Assembly: GCA_009602735.1 (NCBI GenBank)
Contig: WELA01002708.1
Coordinates: 248,001 to 300,558 of the forward strand
Direction: 5' to 3'
DNA from: Mesotaenium endlicherianum
Taxonomy: Eukaryota
DNA: 52,558 nt
Shown one piece after another: positions 27,501 through 37,772 of the stretch. The notes under the pieces were generated by a model. That model searched no databases, had not been told where the DNA came from, and saw only the letters and a program-made list of their open reading frames with translations. Numbering within the stretch: position 1 is the first letter of the stretch; every line of letters starts with the position of its first letter. Made by a program: the position numbers and the translations under genes.

Positions 27501-28766
27501 ATGAAGATTCTCATCAGCCAGGTTAAAATTACCGACCCACTCTCCCCCTTTAACGGTTCCGTAAAAGACATATTAATTGACAGTCATCACATCGCAAAAA
27601 TCGCAGATAAAATCAGCGAGAAAGCAGATATCCAACTACATGAAAAAGACTTGCAGGTTTCTCCGGGTTGGGTAGACCCTTTCGTTCATTTTTGTGATCC
27701 CGGATACGAATTCAAAGAAACATTGGATACCGGAGCTGCTGCCGCTGCGGCTGGCGGCTTTACCAGGGTTTTTACCCTGCCCGATACACAGCCGGTAACC
27801 GATAATAAAGCGCAGGTTGAATACATCGCACAACGCGCTGTTTCACTGCCCGTCATCATTCACCCAATGGGTACCGTTACCAAGAAAAAAGAAGGCAAAG
27901 AATTAGCAGAGATGTACGATATGCGCAACAGCGGGGCTATCGCTTTTTCAGACGGACTGGAGCCGGTACAATCAGCCGGACTGTTCCTGAAAGCGCTGCA
28001 ATATGTAAAAGCATTCGACGGTGTACTGGTACAAATTCCCATTGATAAAAGCATTGGTGCAGGCGGACTCATGAACGAGGGCATCATCTCTACCCGGTTA
28101 GGCCTGCCTGGCTTGCCCGCCATAGCAGAAGAACTGATGATCCGCAGAGACCTTGAACTGCTGCGCTATACGCAATCGAAACTGCATATCACAGCTGTGA
28201 GCACGCAGAAAAGCCTGGAACTGATCAAAGCCGCTAAGCAAGATGGTTTGCAGGTAACTTGCAGTGTTACACCTTACCACCTCTTCTTCTCCGACGAAGA
28301 CATGCAGCGTTACGATACCAATCTCAAACTGAATCCGCCACTCAGAAGCAAGGCCGATGTACTCGCCTTGCGCAAAGCAGTATTGGACGGCACTGTGGAC
28401 TGCCTTGCTTCACATCACCTGCCACAGGATTGGGATCATAAGACCTGCGAATTTGAATACGCACTGCCCGGTATGCTGGGCCTGCAAACACTGTTTGCTG
28501 TAGTCAATGAAGTACTGCCTGAATTAACAGATGCAAGACTGGTTCAACTGCTGGGTTCCAATGCCCGCGCCATCTTCGCGCTCCCCCCTGTTACCATTGC
28601 CGAAGGAGCCGAGGCTGAATTGAGCCTGTTCAGTAAAAAAGAAAACACCCTGCTTACCAAAGCAACCATCAGGAGTAAATCGGCCAACACGCCCTTCCTT
28701 GACAAGCCGTTGAAAGGAAAAGTTTTCGGAATTATCCATAAAGGAAAACTATCTTTAAACAACTAA
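27501..28766 (+). CDS. pyrC: Dihydroorotase-like protein (class I fold), probably catalytically degenerate (PyrC'-like)
   Basis: AAAAGGFT, PDTQPVTD, AFSDG and KLNPPLRS motifs are present, but several metal/catalytic residues are substituted. ATG at 27501; the longer ORF call runs over the tRNA. Confidence 0.8.
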   Translation: MKILISQVKITDPLSPFNGSVKDILIDSHHIAKIADKISEKADIQLHEKDLQVSPGWVDPFVHFCDPGYEFKETLDTGAAAAAAGGFTRVFTLPDTQPVTDNKAQVEYIAQRAVSLPVIIHPMGTVTKKKEGKELAEMYDMRNSGAIAFSDGLEPVQSAGLFLKALQYVKAFDGVLVQIPIDKSIGAGGLMNEGIISTRLGLPGLPAIAEELMIRRDLELLRYTQSKLHITAVSTQKSLELIKAAKQDGLQVTCSVTPYHLFFSDEDMQRYDTNLKLNPPLRSKADVLALRKAVLDGTVDCLASHHLPQDWDHKTCEFEYALPGMLGLQTLFAVVNEVLPELTDARLVQLLGSNARAIFALPPVTIAEGAEAELSLFSKKENTLLTKATIRSKSANTPFLDKPLKGKVFGIIHKGKLSLNN

Positions 28767-28788
28767 AACCAAACCTAAACAGCATATC

Positions 28789-29301
28789 ATGGAAAACAAA
28801 ATCACTCCACCCTGGCTGAAGGGCTTGCTCATCAGTCTTATATTGATCGTGATCGGACTGATCATCTATTTCGCCGGACAAGCACAGAATAAATCCCTCG
28901 GATGGATACAGTTCTGCATCATGATAGCTGCTATTATCTGGGCATGTACCAATTATGCCAAGCAGATGCAGGGCAATGTAACTTTTGGCAATGTGTTCGC
29001 ACACGGTTTTAAAGTAACGGCCGCTATTGCTGCCATCACCGCTGTATATGTTTTCCTGGCTTTCAAATTCATTTATCCTGAAATGATCGACGCTTCTATA
29101 GAAGAAGCACGAAAGAACATGGAAGCAAAAGGCAATATGTCCGATGACCAAATCAAACAGGGACTGGATATGATGAGGAAATTTTTCATGCCTTTTGCCA
29201 TCGGCGGCATGCTGATCATGAGCGCTATATTGGGCGCCATAGCATCGCTGATCGGCGCCGCAGTTGCTAAAAAGAATCCCAACCCAACTTTAGAGCAGTA
29301 A
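28789..29301 (+). CDS. DUF4199-like four-TM membrane protein
   Basis: Four hydrophobic helices, TFGNVFAHGFK and a C-terminal KKNP; typical position before a GT2 gene in Bacteroidota. Confidence 0.7.
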   Translation: MENKITPPWLKGLLISLILIVIGLIIYFAGQAQNKSLGWIQFCIMIAAIIWACTNYAKQMQGNVTFGNVFAHGFKVTAAIAAITAVYVFLAFKFIYPEMIDASIEEARKNMEAKGNMSDDQIKQGLDMMRKFFMPFAIGGMLIMSAILGAIASLIGAAVAKKNPNPTLEQ

Positions 29302-29307
29302 GCATAT

Positions 29308-30246
29308 ATGGATGTATCGATCGTAGTTCCCCTGTTCAATGAAGATGAATCGCTGCCCGAACTGTGCAGCTGGATTGAATCTGTTGCCACCACCCACCAG
29401 CTCAGCTATGAAGTGATACTGGTAGACGACGGAAGTACCGATGACAGTTGGAAAGTGATCGAAGAGATCCATCAACGCAATAACCGTTTCAGGGGCATCA
29501 AATTCCAACGGAACTATGGTAAATCAGCTGCGTTAAACGAAGGCTTTAAAGCAGCCCAAGGCGATGTAGTCATTACCATGGATGCCGATATGCAGGACTC
29601 GCCCGACGAGATTCCCGAACTGCGCAGGATGATCGTTGAAGAAGGTTATGATATGGTGAGCGGTTGGAAAAAGAAGCGATACGATAATACTTTTACCAAA
29701 AACATTCCTTCCAAAATATACAATGCTGCGGCACGGAAAAGTTCCGGCATCATGCTGCACGATTTTAACTGTGGTCTCAAATCATACAAACGCAAAGTGG
29801 TTAAAAGCATTGAAGTGTTTGGGGAGATGCACCGCTACATTCCTATCCTGGCCAAATGGGCAGGCTTTCGTAAGATCGGTGAGAAAGTGGTGGAACACCG
29901 CCCCCGCAAATACGGCGTAACCAAATTTGGCTGGAACCGTTTTGTAAACGGGTTCCTCGACCTGGCCACCATCATGTTCCTGGGTAAGTTCGGCAAGCGC
30001 CCCATGCAATTCTTCGGACTGCTGGGAACAGTGTTCTTCCTGATCGGTTTTATTGCCAGTATATACCTGGTGATTGCCAAATTTACCGTTGCCGATTTTG
30101 CATTGACCAACAGGCCCAGTTTTTACATCGCACTCACCACCATGATCATTGGTATGCAACTTTTCCTTACTGGTTTCATAGCAGAGTTGGTTGCCCGCAA
30201 TGCCAGTGAAAGGAATGCATACCTGGTCGAAAAGAAATTGGACTGA
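29308..30246 (+). CDS. Glycosyltransferase family 2 (ArnC/GtrB-like, polyprenol-phosphate type)
   Basis: SIVVPLFNE, VDDGSTD, RNYGKSAAL, TMDADMQD, DFNCGLK, GEMHRYIP and two C-terminal TM helices. Confidence 0.92.
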   Translation: MDVSIVVPLFNEDESLPELCSWIESVATTHQLSYEVILVDDGSTDDSWKVIEEIHQRNNRFRGIKFQRNYGKSAALNEGFKAAQGDVVITMDADMQDSPDEIPELRRMIVEEGYDMVSGWKKKRYDNTFTKNIPSKIYNAAARKSSGIMLHDFNCGLKSYKRKVVKSIEVFGEMHRYIPILAKWAGFRKIGEKVVEHRPRKYGVTKFGWNRFVNGFLDLATIMFLGKFGKRPMQFFGLLGTVFFLIGFIASIYLVIAKFTVADFALTNRPSFYIALTTMIIGMQLFLTGFIAELVARNASERNAYLVEKKLD

Positions 30247-30271
30247 CCGCTCTTTTGTTGATATTTGGATC

Positions 30272-31399
30272 ATGAAGAAAAAGCTGATCATCATAGGTCC
30301 CGCCTGGCCGCTGCGCGGCGGCGGTTTGGCAACTTTCAATGAAAGGTTGGCACTGGAATATATCAGGCAGGGATTTGATACTACCATCTATACTTTTTCA
30401 TTACAATACCCCAATTTTTTATTCCCCGGGAGTTCGCAATACACTGATGAACCTGCGCCTGAAAGCATACCTATTAAAGTACGCATCAATTCCATCAACC
30501 CCTTCAACTGGTGGAAAGTTGGCAGGGAATTGAAAGCATTGGCACCCGATTACATTGTAGTACGCTACTGGATTCCATTCATGGGCCCCTGTTTTGGTAC
30601 CATCCTGCGAATAGTAAAAACGAATAAGCTTACCCGGATCATCTGCATCGCAGATAATATCATACCGCATGAAAAACGTCCCGGCGACAAACTTTTCACA
30701 CAATATTTTATACAACCGGTGCACGGGTTCATCACCATGAGCAAACAGGTGCAACAGGATCTGCAACAGTTCACCAACAAACCATCGCAACTGGTACCGC
30801 ATCCACTGTACGATAATTTCGGTACGGCCATACCAAAAGATGTTGCAAGAGGCAAGTTGAAACTACCGGCAAATGATCAAATCATTTTATTCTTCGGCTT
30901 CATCCGTAAATACAAGGGACTCGACCTGTTACTGGAAGCGATGAATGACGAACGCATACGCAAAGCAGGAATCAAATTGCTCGTTACCGGTGAGTTCTAT
31001 GAAAACCGCGAACCTTACGACCAACTGATAGAACGGTTACAGATCGCCCCGCAACTGTTGTTACATACGGGGTTCATACCCAACCACGAAGTGGCTTATT
31101 ATGTCAGCGCCGCTGATTTCATTATCCAGCCTTACCGCGATGCAACCCAAAGCGGCGTAACGCCGTTGGCCTATCATTTCGAAAAGCCCATGCTGGTTAC
31201 CAATGTTGGCGGATTGCCCGACCTGGTGCCGGATGGTAAAGTGGGAGTGGTTGTTGAACCGAATGCTGCAGCCATTGCCACCGGTATCTTGCAACTGTAT
31301 GAATTAGGTGAAAATTATTTTTTGCCGCATCTTCGCAATGAAAAACAGCGGTATAGCTGGACAAGGCTCACCGAAACCATTACAACCCTAGTTCCATGA
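30272..31399 (+). CDS. Glycosyltransferase family 4
   Basis: LFFGFIRKYKGLDLL, PYRDATQSGV, TNVGGLPD; ATG at 30272. Confidence 0.9.
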   Translation: MKKKLIIIGPAWPLRGGGLATFNERLALEYIRQGFDTTIYTFSLQYPNFLFPGSSQYTDEPAPESIPIKVRINSINPFNWWKVGRELKALAPDYIVVRYWIPFMGPCFGTILRIVKTNKLTRIICIADNIIPHEKRPGDKLFTQYFIQPVHGFITMSKQVQQDLQQFTNKPSQLVPHPLYDNFGTAIPKDVARGKLKLPANDQIILFFGFIRKYKGLDLLLEAMNDERIRKAGIKLLVTGEFYENREPYDQLIERLQIAPQLLLHTGFIPNHEVAYYVSAADFIIQPYRDATQSGVTPLAYHFEKPMLVTNVGGLPDLVPDGKVGVVVEPNAAAIATGILQLYELGENYFLPHLRNEKQRYSWTRLTETITTLVP

Positions 31400-31971
31400 A
31401 CGGAAAAATAAAAGAGCTCATTGCAGCATCCATTGAAGTGAAGCGCCAGGTGCTGGAAGATGCAGCTCTCCAACAAACCATACAGCAGGTAATTGATATA
31501 GTGACCACCACCTTCCAAAAAGGCAATAAAGTATTGTTTTGTGGCAATGGTGGCAGTGCTGCCGATGCCCAACACCTGGCTGCCGAATTTTCCGGCAGGT
31601 TTTATAAAGACCGTAAAGCGCTTCCTTCCGAAGCACTGCACTGCAACACTTCTTACATAACAGCCGTTGCTAATGATTACAGCTACGATGTGATCTATTC
31701 AAGACTGGTAGACGGGATGTGTGTAGCCGGTGATGTATTGATCGGACTGAGCACATCGGGTAATTCGGGTAATATCCTCAAAGCTTTTGAAACAGCAAAA
31801 GAAAAAGGAGTGATCACGATTGGCATGACAGGCGCAAGCGGAGGAAAAATGAAAGCCATCAGCGATTACCTTATCAACGTACCTTCCACCGATACACCGC
31901 GCATACAGGAATCGCATATACTGATCGGACATATTATTTGCCAATTGGTAGAAGCTAATATTTTCGGATAA
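31396..31971 (+). CDS. gmhA: Phosphoheptose isomerase (SIS domain)
   Basis: CGNGGSAADAQHLAAEF, ANDYSY, STSGNS, RIQESHILIGH. Confidence 0.95.
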   Translation: MNGKIKELIAASIEVKRQVLEDAALQQTIQQVIDIVTTTFQKGNKVLFCGNGGSAADAQHLAAEFSGRFYKDRKALPSEALHCNTSYITAVANDYSYDVIYSRLVDGMCVAGDVLIGLSTSGNSGNILKAFETAKEKGVITIGMTGASGGKMKAISDYLINVPSTDTPRIQESHILIGHIICQLVEANIFG

Positions 31972-31973
31972 TC

Positions 31974-32522
31974 ATGCTGCCACTCAAAGAGATCGATCAT
32001 AACTGGACCCTCTTCCTCGACCGCGACGGAGTGATCAACCACGAAAAGGATAATGACTATATCCTCAACTGGAGTGAATTTGTATTCTATCCCGAAAGCC
32101 TCGAAGCGCTTCCCTTGCTGGCCAGGCATTTTCGCAGAATCATATTAGTTACTAACCAGAAAGGTATTGGAAAAGGCTTGATGAGCGAAGCCGATCTTAC
32201 CAACATCCACAGGCACATGCTGGATGAAATTGAAACCAGGGGCGGGCGCATCGATCGCATCTATTTTTGCTCCGACCTCAACAACCTTTCCCCCAACCGG
32301 AAACCCCAGCCAGGTATGGCTTTCAAGGCACAAAAAGACGCTCCAGCAATCGTATTCAGCAAGAGCATCATGGTCGGCAATCGTTTAAGTGATATGCAGT
32401 TCGGGCGCAACGCAGGCATGCACACGGTTTTCCTCGCCACCACGCATCCTGAAGTACCCTACCCCGATCCGCTGATCGACCTGCGGGTGGACACCTTGTT
32501 GGAATTTGCCCGCCTGCTCTAA
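31974..32522 (+). CDS. gmhB: HAD-IIIA phosphatase, heptose-1,7-bisphosphate phosphatase-like
   Basis: LFLDRDGVIN, VTNQKGIG, RKPQPGM, MVGNRLSD; directly after gmhA. Confidence 0.8.
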   Translation: MLPLKEIDHNWTLFLDRDGVINHEKDNDYILNWSEFVFYPESLEALPLLARHFRRIILVTNQKGIGKGLMSEADLTNIHRHMLDEIETRGGRIDRIYFCSDLNNLSPNRKPQPGMAFKAQKDAPAIVFSKSIMVGNRLSDMQFGRNAGMHTVFLATTHPEVPYPDPLIDLRVDTLLEFARLL

Positions 32523-32568
32523 CAAAATCTTTACATAAGATTCCTGATATTTGTTCATATCATTCGTT

Positions 32569-33450
32569 ATGAAAAGAACAGGTTTTGTTTGCCTGCTGCT
32601 GTTGACAACATCTTTACTCAATGCACAAAAATCTACCAATGAATATGTGCAAAAAATACAGGGCATTGAAACGGTTATCAAACCTTATGCTACGGCCATT
32701 ATGGAGTCGGAAGAAATGCCGGACCGGTTCAGGGCAGACAGTTTCTTTACACGCGGACTGGTGCAGGCTTTGCGTGTTCCGTATTCTTTTTCTTACCCCT
32801 TCGATTCACTGACCACCATTTCAAAATTATACGCGCCTGACAGCAGTTTTCGCATCTTTACCTGGCAGGTGATGAAAGATTACACGTATTACCGCCAGAA
32901 AGGTGTGATACAAATACATACAACAGATGGTTCGCTGAAGATATTCCCTCTGTTTGATTTTTCTGAATTCACCGAAGCGCCGGTGGACTCTGTACGCAGC
33001 AACCGCAACTGGATCGGCGCTATTTATTACAGCATCATCCTCAAAGAATACAACCACAAAAAATATTATACACTGATGGGTTATGACGAGAACGATGCAC
33101 GCACCACCAAAAAATGGGTTGAAGTACTAACGTTTGCTACCGATGGTAGTCCGCAATTCGGCGGCCGTTATTTCAGCTATCCCAACGATGCGCTGAAACC
33201 GCCACAGCCCGCTTACCGTTTCTGCCTGGAATTCAAAAAAGGCGCCAACGCCAAACTCAATTACGACCGCGACCTGGACCTCATTATATTCTCACATCTT
33301 ACCAGTGAGACTGGTGAGACTGCACAGAAACATACACTGGTGCCGGAAGGAAGCTATGAAGGCTTTCAATGGATTTCCGGCAAATGGGTGTACAAACGGG
33401 TGGTTGCAGAAGTAGATCCCAGTTCCAAGGTTAATCCGCCGCGACAATGA
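32569..33450 (+). CDS. Secreted hypothetical protein
   Basis: Sec-type signal peptide MKRTGFVCLLLLTTSLLNAQ; FRIFTWQ, WIGAIYY and GSYEGF segments. Confidence 0.75.
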   Translation: MKRTGFVCLLLLTTSLLNAQKSTNEYVQKIQGIETVIKPYATAIMESEEMPDRFRADSFFTRGLVQALRVPYSFSYPFDSLTTISKLYAPDSSFRIFTWQVMKDYTYYRQKGVIQIHTTDGSLKIFPLFDFSEFTEAPVDSVRSNRNWIGAIYYSIILKEYNHKKYYTLMGYDENDARTTKKWVEVLTFATDGSPQFGGRYFSYPNDALKPPQPAYRFCLEFKKGANAKLNYDRDLDLIIFSHLTSETGETAQKHTLVPEGSYEGFQWISGKWVYKRVVAEVDPSSKVNPPRQ

Positions 33451-33518
33451 GTTGAGAGTTGTTAGATGTTAGTTGTTAGAAATATGAAAGATAATCTACC
33501 AACTGACAACTAATCTAA
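33450..33518. repeat. Heptamer tandem repeats with an imperfect inverted copy between convergent genes (possible bidirectional terminator)
   Basis: ttgttag/atgttag/ttgttag (33459-33479) mirrored by ctaccaa/ctgacaa/cta (33496-33512). Confidence 0.5.
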
Positions 33519-35294
33519 TTTGAGTACAGCCAAAAACGCTTCCTGCGGCACTTCTACGTTACCGATCTGTCGCATGCGTTTCTTTCCTTCTTTTTGTTTT
33601 TCCAGGAGTTTCCGCTTACGGCTGATATCACCACCATAACATTTGGCGGTAACGTCTTTGCGCATAGCGCTGATATTTTCGCGCGCAATGATCTTGGCGC
33701 CGATGGCAGCCTGGATGGCTATCTGGAACTGTTGCCTGGGTAGCAACTCTTTTAATTTTTCGCAAAGCTTCCTGCCGAAATCCTGCGCACGGCTGCGGTG
33801 GATAAGGGCGCTGAGGGCATCCACTTTATCATTGTTGAGGAGGATATCCATTTTTACGATATCTGCTTCGCGCCAGTCGATCGGTGTATAATCGAAAGAA
33901 GCATAGCCCCGTGTAGAACTTTTCAATTTATCATAGAAATCAAATACGATCTCAGTAAGCGGCATTTCAAAGATCAGCTCAACACGTGTGGGTGTGAGAT
34001 AACTTTGATTGATGAGTATGCCCCGTTTACCCAGGCAAAGCGTCATGATGTTGCCGATGTACTCCGGCAAAGTGATGATCTGTGCCTTGATAAAAGGCTC
34101 TTCAATCCTGTCTATCTTAACAGGGTCGGGCATTTCGGCCGGGTTATTGACAATGATCTTCTCCCCTCTTGTAGTATAAGCGTGGAAGCTAACGTTGGGT
34201 ACGGTGGTAATAACCGTTTGGTTAAACTCCCGCTCCAGCCGCTCCTGTATGATTTCCATGTGCAGGAGACCCAGGAAGCCGCAACGGAAACCAAAGCCCA
34301 GCGCCTGGGAAGTTTCCAGTTCGAAAGTAAGTGAGGCATCATTCAACTGCAGCTTGTCCATACAATCACGCAGTTCTTCGAATTCATCTGTATTCACCGG
34401 GAAGATACCGGCAAATACCATGGGCTTCACTTCTTCGAAACCATGGATCATTTCACCGGGATTGTTGGCAAGGGTAATGGTATCACCCACTTTCACCTCT
34501 TTAGCGTTCTTGATGCCGGTGATGATGTATCCTACATCTCCTGCAGCGACTTCATTTTTGGGCGTCATGCTGAGTTTGAGCACCCCTACTTCATCTGCAA
34601 AATAATCGTTACCGGTAGATATGAAACGTATCTTATCGCCTTTGCGGATCACCCCGTTGAGGATGCGGTAATATACAATAATACCCCTGAAACTATTGAA
34701 CACGCTATCGAATATCAGGGCCTGCAAAGGAGCGTCTACATTGCCTTCAGGAGCAGGTATACGCTCAACAATAGCCTGTAAAATTTCTTCGATACCAATA
34801 CCCGATTTGCCGCTGGCCAGCAGGATGTCTTCCTGCTTACAACCAATGAGGTCCACGATCTGGTCGGTCACTTCAGGTATCTTGGCACCATCCATATCGA
34901 TCTTATTGATAACCGGGATGATCTCAAGGTCATTGTCAATTGCCAGGTATAAGTTACTGATTGTCTGAGCCTGTATGCCCTGTGAAGCATCCACCAGCAA
35001 GAGGGCTCCTTCACAGGCGGCCAGTGCGCGGCTCACTTCATAACTGAAATCCACGTGGCCGGGTGTATCGATCAGGTTCAGTACATATTGTTCGCCCTTA
35101 TACGAGTAGTTGATCTGTATCGCATGACTTTTAATAGTAATACCTTTCTCCCGCTCAAGGTCCATATCGTCCAGCACCTGGTCCATCATCTCCCGCTCGC
35201 CAATGGTTTTGGTATGTTCCAATAACCTGTCAGCCAGCGTACTCTTACCATGGTCGATATGCGCAATGATGCAAAAATTCCTGATCTTCTTCAT
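33510..35294 (-). CDS. lepA: Translation elongation factor 4
   Basis: [64 protein letters not shown] at 35294. Confidence 0.98.
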   Translation of the reverse strand: MKKIRNFCIIAHIDHGKSTLADRLLEHTKTIGEREMMDQVLDDMDLEREKGITIKSHAIQINYSYKGEQYVLNLIDTPGHVDFSYEVSRALAACEGALLLVDASQGIQAQTISNLYLAIDNDLEIIPVINKIDMDGAKIPEVTDQIVDLIGCKQEDILLASGKSGIGIEEILQAIVERIPAPEGNVDAPLQALIFDSVFNSFRGIIVYYRILNGVIRKGDKIRFISTGNDYFADEVGVLKLSMTPKNEVAAGDVGYIITGIKNAKEVKVGDTITLANNPGEMIHGFEEVKPMVFAGIFPVNTDEFEELRDCMDKLQLNDASLTFELETSQALGFGFRCGFLGLLHMEIIQERLEREFNQTVITTVPNVSFHAYTTRGEKIIVNNPAEMPDPVKIDRIEEPFIKAQIITLPEYIGNIMTLCLGKRGILINQSYLTPTRVELIFEMPLTEIVFDFYDKLKSSTRGYASFDYTPIDWREADIVKMDILLNNDKVDALSALIHRSRAQDFGRKLCEKLKELLPRQQFQIAIQAAIGAKIIARENISAMRKDVTAKCYGGDISRKRKLLEKQKEGKKRMRQIGNVEVPQEAFLAVLKLD

Positions 35295-35301
35295 AGAGCA
35301 G

Positions 35302-35309
35302 CAAAGATA
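35302..35309 (-). promoter_or_regulatory. Bacteroidota -7 promoter element for lepA
   Basis: TATCTTTG on the minus strand, just upstream of the ATG. Confidence 0.6.
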
Positions 35310-35315
35310 ATTGAT

Positions 35316-35394
35316 CAATTCGGCAATTCGGCAATTCGACAATTGACGCATATTTTCATTGTCGAATTGCCGAATTAACTAATTGGCAAATTGT
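35316..35394. repeat. Octamer-based palindromic intergenic repeat (REP-like), copy 1
   Basis: caattcgg x2, caattcga, caattgac; 19-bp perfect inverted repeat 35325-35343 / 35358-35376; followed by aattggcaaattgt. Confidence 0.75.
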
Positions 35395-36162
35395 CTAATT
35401 GTTTTTCAGTGCATTGATAATAGCCACAAATTCGTCGGCAATAAGAGAAGCGCCACCTACCAGTCCGCCGTCAACATCAGGCTGACCAAAAATTTCGCCT
35501 GCATTGGCTGCCTTCACGCTCCCACCGTAAAGAATGGTGATTTCATTGGCTGTTGCAGCACCATATTTGGCAGTGAGTTGTTCGCGGATGAAAGCGTGCA
35601 TTTCCTGCGCCTGTGCACTGGTGGCCGTTTTGCCGGTACCGATGGCCCAGATGGGTTCATAAGCGATCACTACCTGTTTCAGTTGTTCGGCACTGAGGTG
35701 GTATAAAGATTCTTCGAGTTGTTTGGCAACAAAAGCATTCTGTGTATTAGCTTCGCGAATGCTCAATGGCTCGCCGCAGCAGAAGATGGGATGTATGTTG
35801 TATTCCAGGCAGATATTGATCTTTTCTGCAAGGAACTGGTTGCTTTCCTGAAAATATTCACGGCGCTCGGAATGTCCCAGCACCACATAAGATATGCCCA
35901 GCGACTGCAGCATTTCAACCGATACCTCACCGGTATAGGCACCGCTTTTTTTGCTGTAGCAGTTCTGTGCTGCAATAAATACATTTTGTTTACCGGCCAG
36001 TTGTTGCTGGGCCATGGGTAGGTATGGGAAGGGAACGGCAAATATGGCCAGTTGGTTAGCGCCTAATGTATGAGGCTTGGATTGAATATCTTTCAGTAAT
36101 TGTTCTCCCTGTGAAAGGGTCAGGTTCATTTTCCAATTGGCGGCGGCTATTTGCTTTCTCAT
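35395..36162 (-). CDS. tpiA: Triosephosphate isomerase
   Basis: AANWKMN, GAYTGEVS, GHSERR, AYEPIWAIGTG, YGGSV, LVGGASL; ATG at 36162. Confidence 0.98.
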   Translation of the reverse strand: MRKQIAAANWKMNLTLSQGEQLLKDIQSKPHTLGANQLAIFAVPFPYLPMAQQQLAGKQNVFIAAQNCYSKKSGAYTGEVSVEMLQSLGISYVVLGHSERREYFQESNQFLAEKINICLEYNIHPIFCCGEPLSIREANTQNAFVAKQLEESLYHLSAEQLKQVVIAYEPIWAIGTGKTATSAQAQEMHAFIREQLTAKYGAATANEITILYGGSVKAANAGEIFGQPDVDGGLVGGASLIADEFVAIINALKNN

Positions 36163-36176
36163 GTTAGGGGTTTCCT

Positions 36177-37343
36177 TTATTTTGAATGATGCGCAAAGAT
36201 AAAGGCCAGCACTGAAGCTTCCGCCTCCGAAACTGTTTGCTGCTTCATTTTTTTCCAATTACCGATGTCTTCCAGGGCTTTATCGAGTTCATAAACAGCT
36301 CCTTCCGTTCCCCAACTGAAATCTTTGATCCTTTTGGGCAGCAGTCCGTTCCCAAATACATTACAGCTCACCCCTATTACCGACCCGGTATTGATCGCTG
36401 CATTGATAGCCACGCGGGAATAATCGCCCATAAATACACCGCATTTTTGTGCAGCAGGTATAAAGGCTCCGCTCTGCTCGTCCCATACCTGTACTATTCC
36501 GGCCGTATTCTTTACGTTACTATTGGTAGCCCCCGCCCCGAAATTGCACCACTCACCCACTACCGAGTCACCTAAATAACCATCGTGCGCTTTGTTGGAA
36601 TAGCCCATGAGTATGCTGTTCTTGATCTCGCCACCACCCAGGCACCAGGGGCCAATGGTGGTAGCGCCATAAATGCGGCTGTTCATTTTCACAGCGGCCC
36701 CTTCACCCAATGCAAAAGGTCCGCGTATGGCTGAACCTTCCATTAGAGTGGCATTCTTACCTATATAAACCGGTCCGGTAGCTGCATTGATGATGCAATG
36801 TTCAACCACCGCTCCTTCTTCAATAAAAATCGCTTCCGATTGACTAACACGATTGGTTTCCGGAATAGGCTGCGAATTACGGCCTTCAACCAGCAGGTCG
36901 AAATCCTGCCGCAGCAAAAAATCATTGTATTGCGTCAGGTGCCAGGGATGTTGTATCCTCCTGGCCTGTGCATACTTATGCACTTCTTTAAAATAATGCA
37001 AGCTGTTAGCAGGATTAAACGACTCAAAAGCTATTTGCGCTTTCCCTGCAATCAACCCCTGTTCATCTGCCAGGCATACGCCTTCTTCAATGTCTGACAA
37101 AGCACTTAACAGCTCAGCAGAAGGCAATGCCGTAGCATCGATCCATAAATGCGTTTCTGCAGCCGGACTTTCATATAACTGTTGCAGGTAGCCGGTTGTG
37201 TGCACATACACAGGCTCGCGTGTCCACAAGGACCATCGTTCACGAATGGTCACAATACCCATGCGCAATCCGGCAATAGCGCGGGTTTGGGTAAGCGGGT
37301 AGAAATGAGCCCTTACAGCATTATCGAACAGAATGATGGCCAT
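36177..37343 (-). CDS. GlmU-related putative sugar nucleotidyltransferase / left-handed beta-helix protein
   Basis: YPLTQTR...LRMGIVTIRERW, hexapeptide repeats, SNKAHDGYLGDSVVGEWCNFGAG; ATG at 37343. Confidence 0.8.
   Translation of the reverse strand: MAIILFDNAVRAHFYPLTQTRAIAGLRMGIVTIRERWSLWTREPVYVHTTGYLQQLYESPAAETHLWIDATALPSAELLSALSDIEEGVCLADEQGLIAGKAQIAFESFNPANSLHYFKEVHKYAQARRIQHPWHLTQYNDFLLRQDFDLLVEGRNSQPIPETNRVSQSEAIFIEEGAVVEHCIINAATGPVYIGKNATLMEGSAIRGPFALGEGAAVKMNSRIYGATTIGPWCLGGGEIKNSILMGYSNKAHDGYLGDSVVGEWCNFGAGATNSNVKNTAGIVQVWDEQSGAFIPAAQKCGVFMGDYSRVAINAAINTGSVIGVSCNVFGNGLLPKRIKDFSWGTEGAVYELDKALEDIGNWKKMKQQTVSEAEASVLAFIFAHHSK
36194..36201 (-). promoter_or_regulatory. Bacteroidota -7 promoter element for tpiA (inside the upstream gene)
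   Basis: TATCTTTG on the minus strand about 30 nt upstream of the tpiA ATG. Confidence 0.5.
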
Positions 37344-37347
37344 GCAA

Positions 37348-37755
37348 TCAGTTAACCGGAGGTATATGACAGGGTTTGCCTTTCTGAGGCCCACCACCAT
37401 CTTCTGCACGCTTGCAAACCGGCGGTAGTTTTTTGTACGCTTCAGGTTCCGCTTTCTCTGCATCAGCATCAAAGCCTGCATTATTCAGCGCTGCTTTGAT
37501 GGCACCTGTGGTAGTTCTGTCGGGTAAAAACTGAACACGTATTTCACCCTGCAATAAATTTATTTTCCACTGCAAAATACCATTGTCGGTATTGTCCTTT
37601 TCCAGCAACAGGTATCTGTCTAACCGCTCTTTACATTCCCAACAACGCAGGTTCGCCGATTTGATGGTTACCCATTCCGGTTTGGGTTGCTGTGCCCTTA
37701 AACAAAGGGAACTTCCCAAAATGAATACTACTAAAAAATAAATTGTTCTTTTCAT
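37348..37755 (-). CDS. Secreted heavy-metal-associated (HMA-like) domain protein
   Basis: Signal peptide, CWEC metal motif, IKAALNNAGFDA, YKKLPPVCK. Confidence 0.75.
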   Translation of the reverse strand: MKRTIYFLVVFILGSSLCLRAQQPKPEWVTIKSANLRCWECKERLDRYLLLEKDNTDNGILQWKINLLQGEIRVQFLPDRTTTGAIKAALNNAGFDADAEKAEPEAYKKLPPVCKRAEDGGGPQKGKPCHIPPVN

Positions 37756-37772
37756 AAAGCTTTATACATTGC

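Noticed and set aside
35316..35394. CRISPR array
   Set aside because: Units are 8 bp with no unique spacers and there are no cas genes; the same holds for 33450-33518 and 47341-47413.
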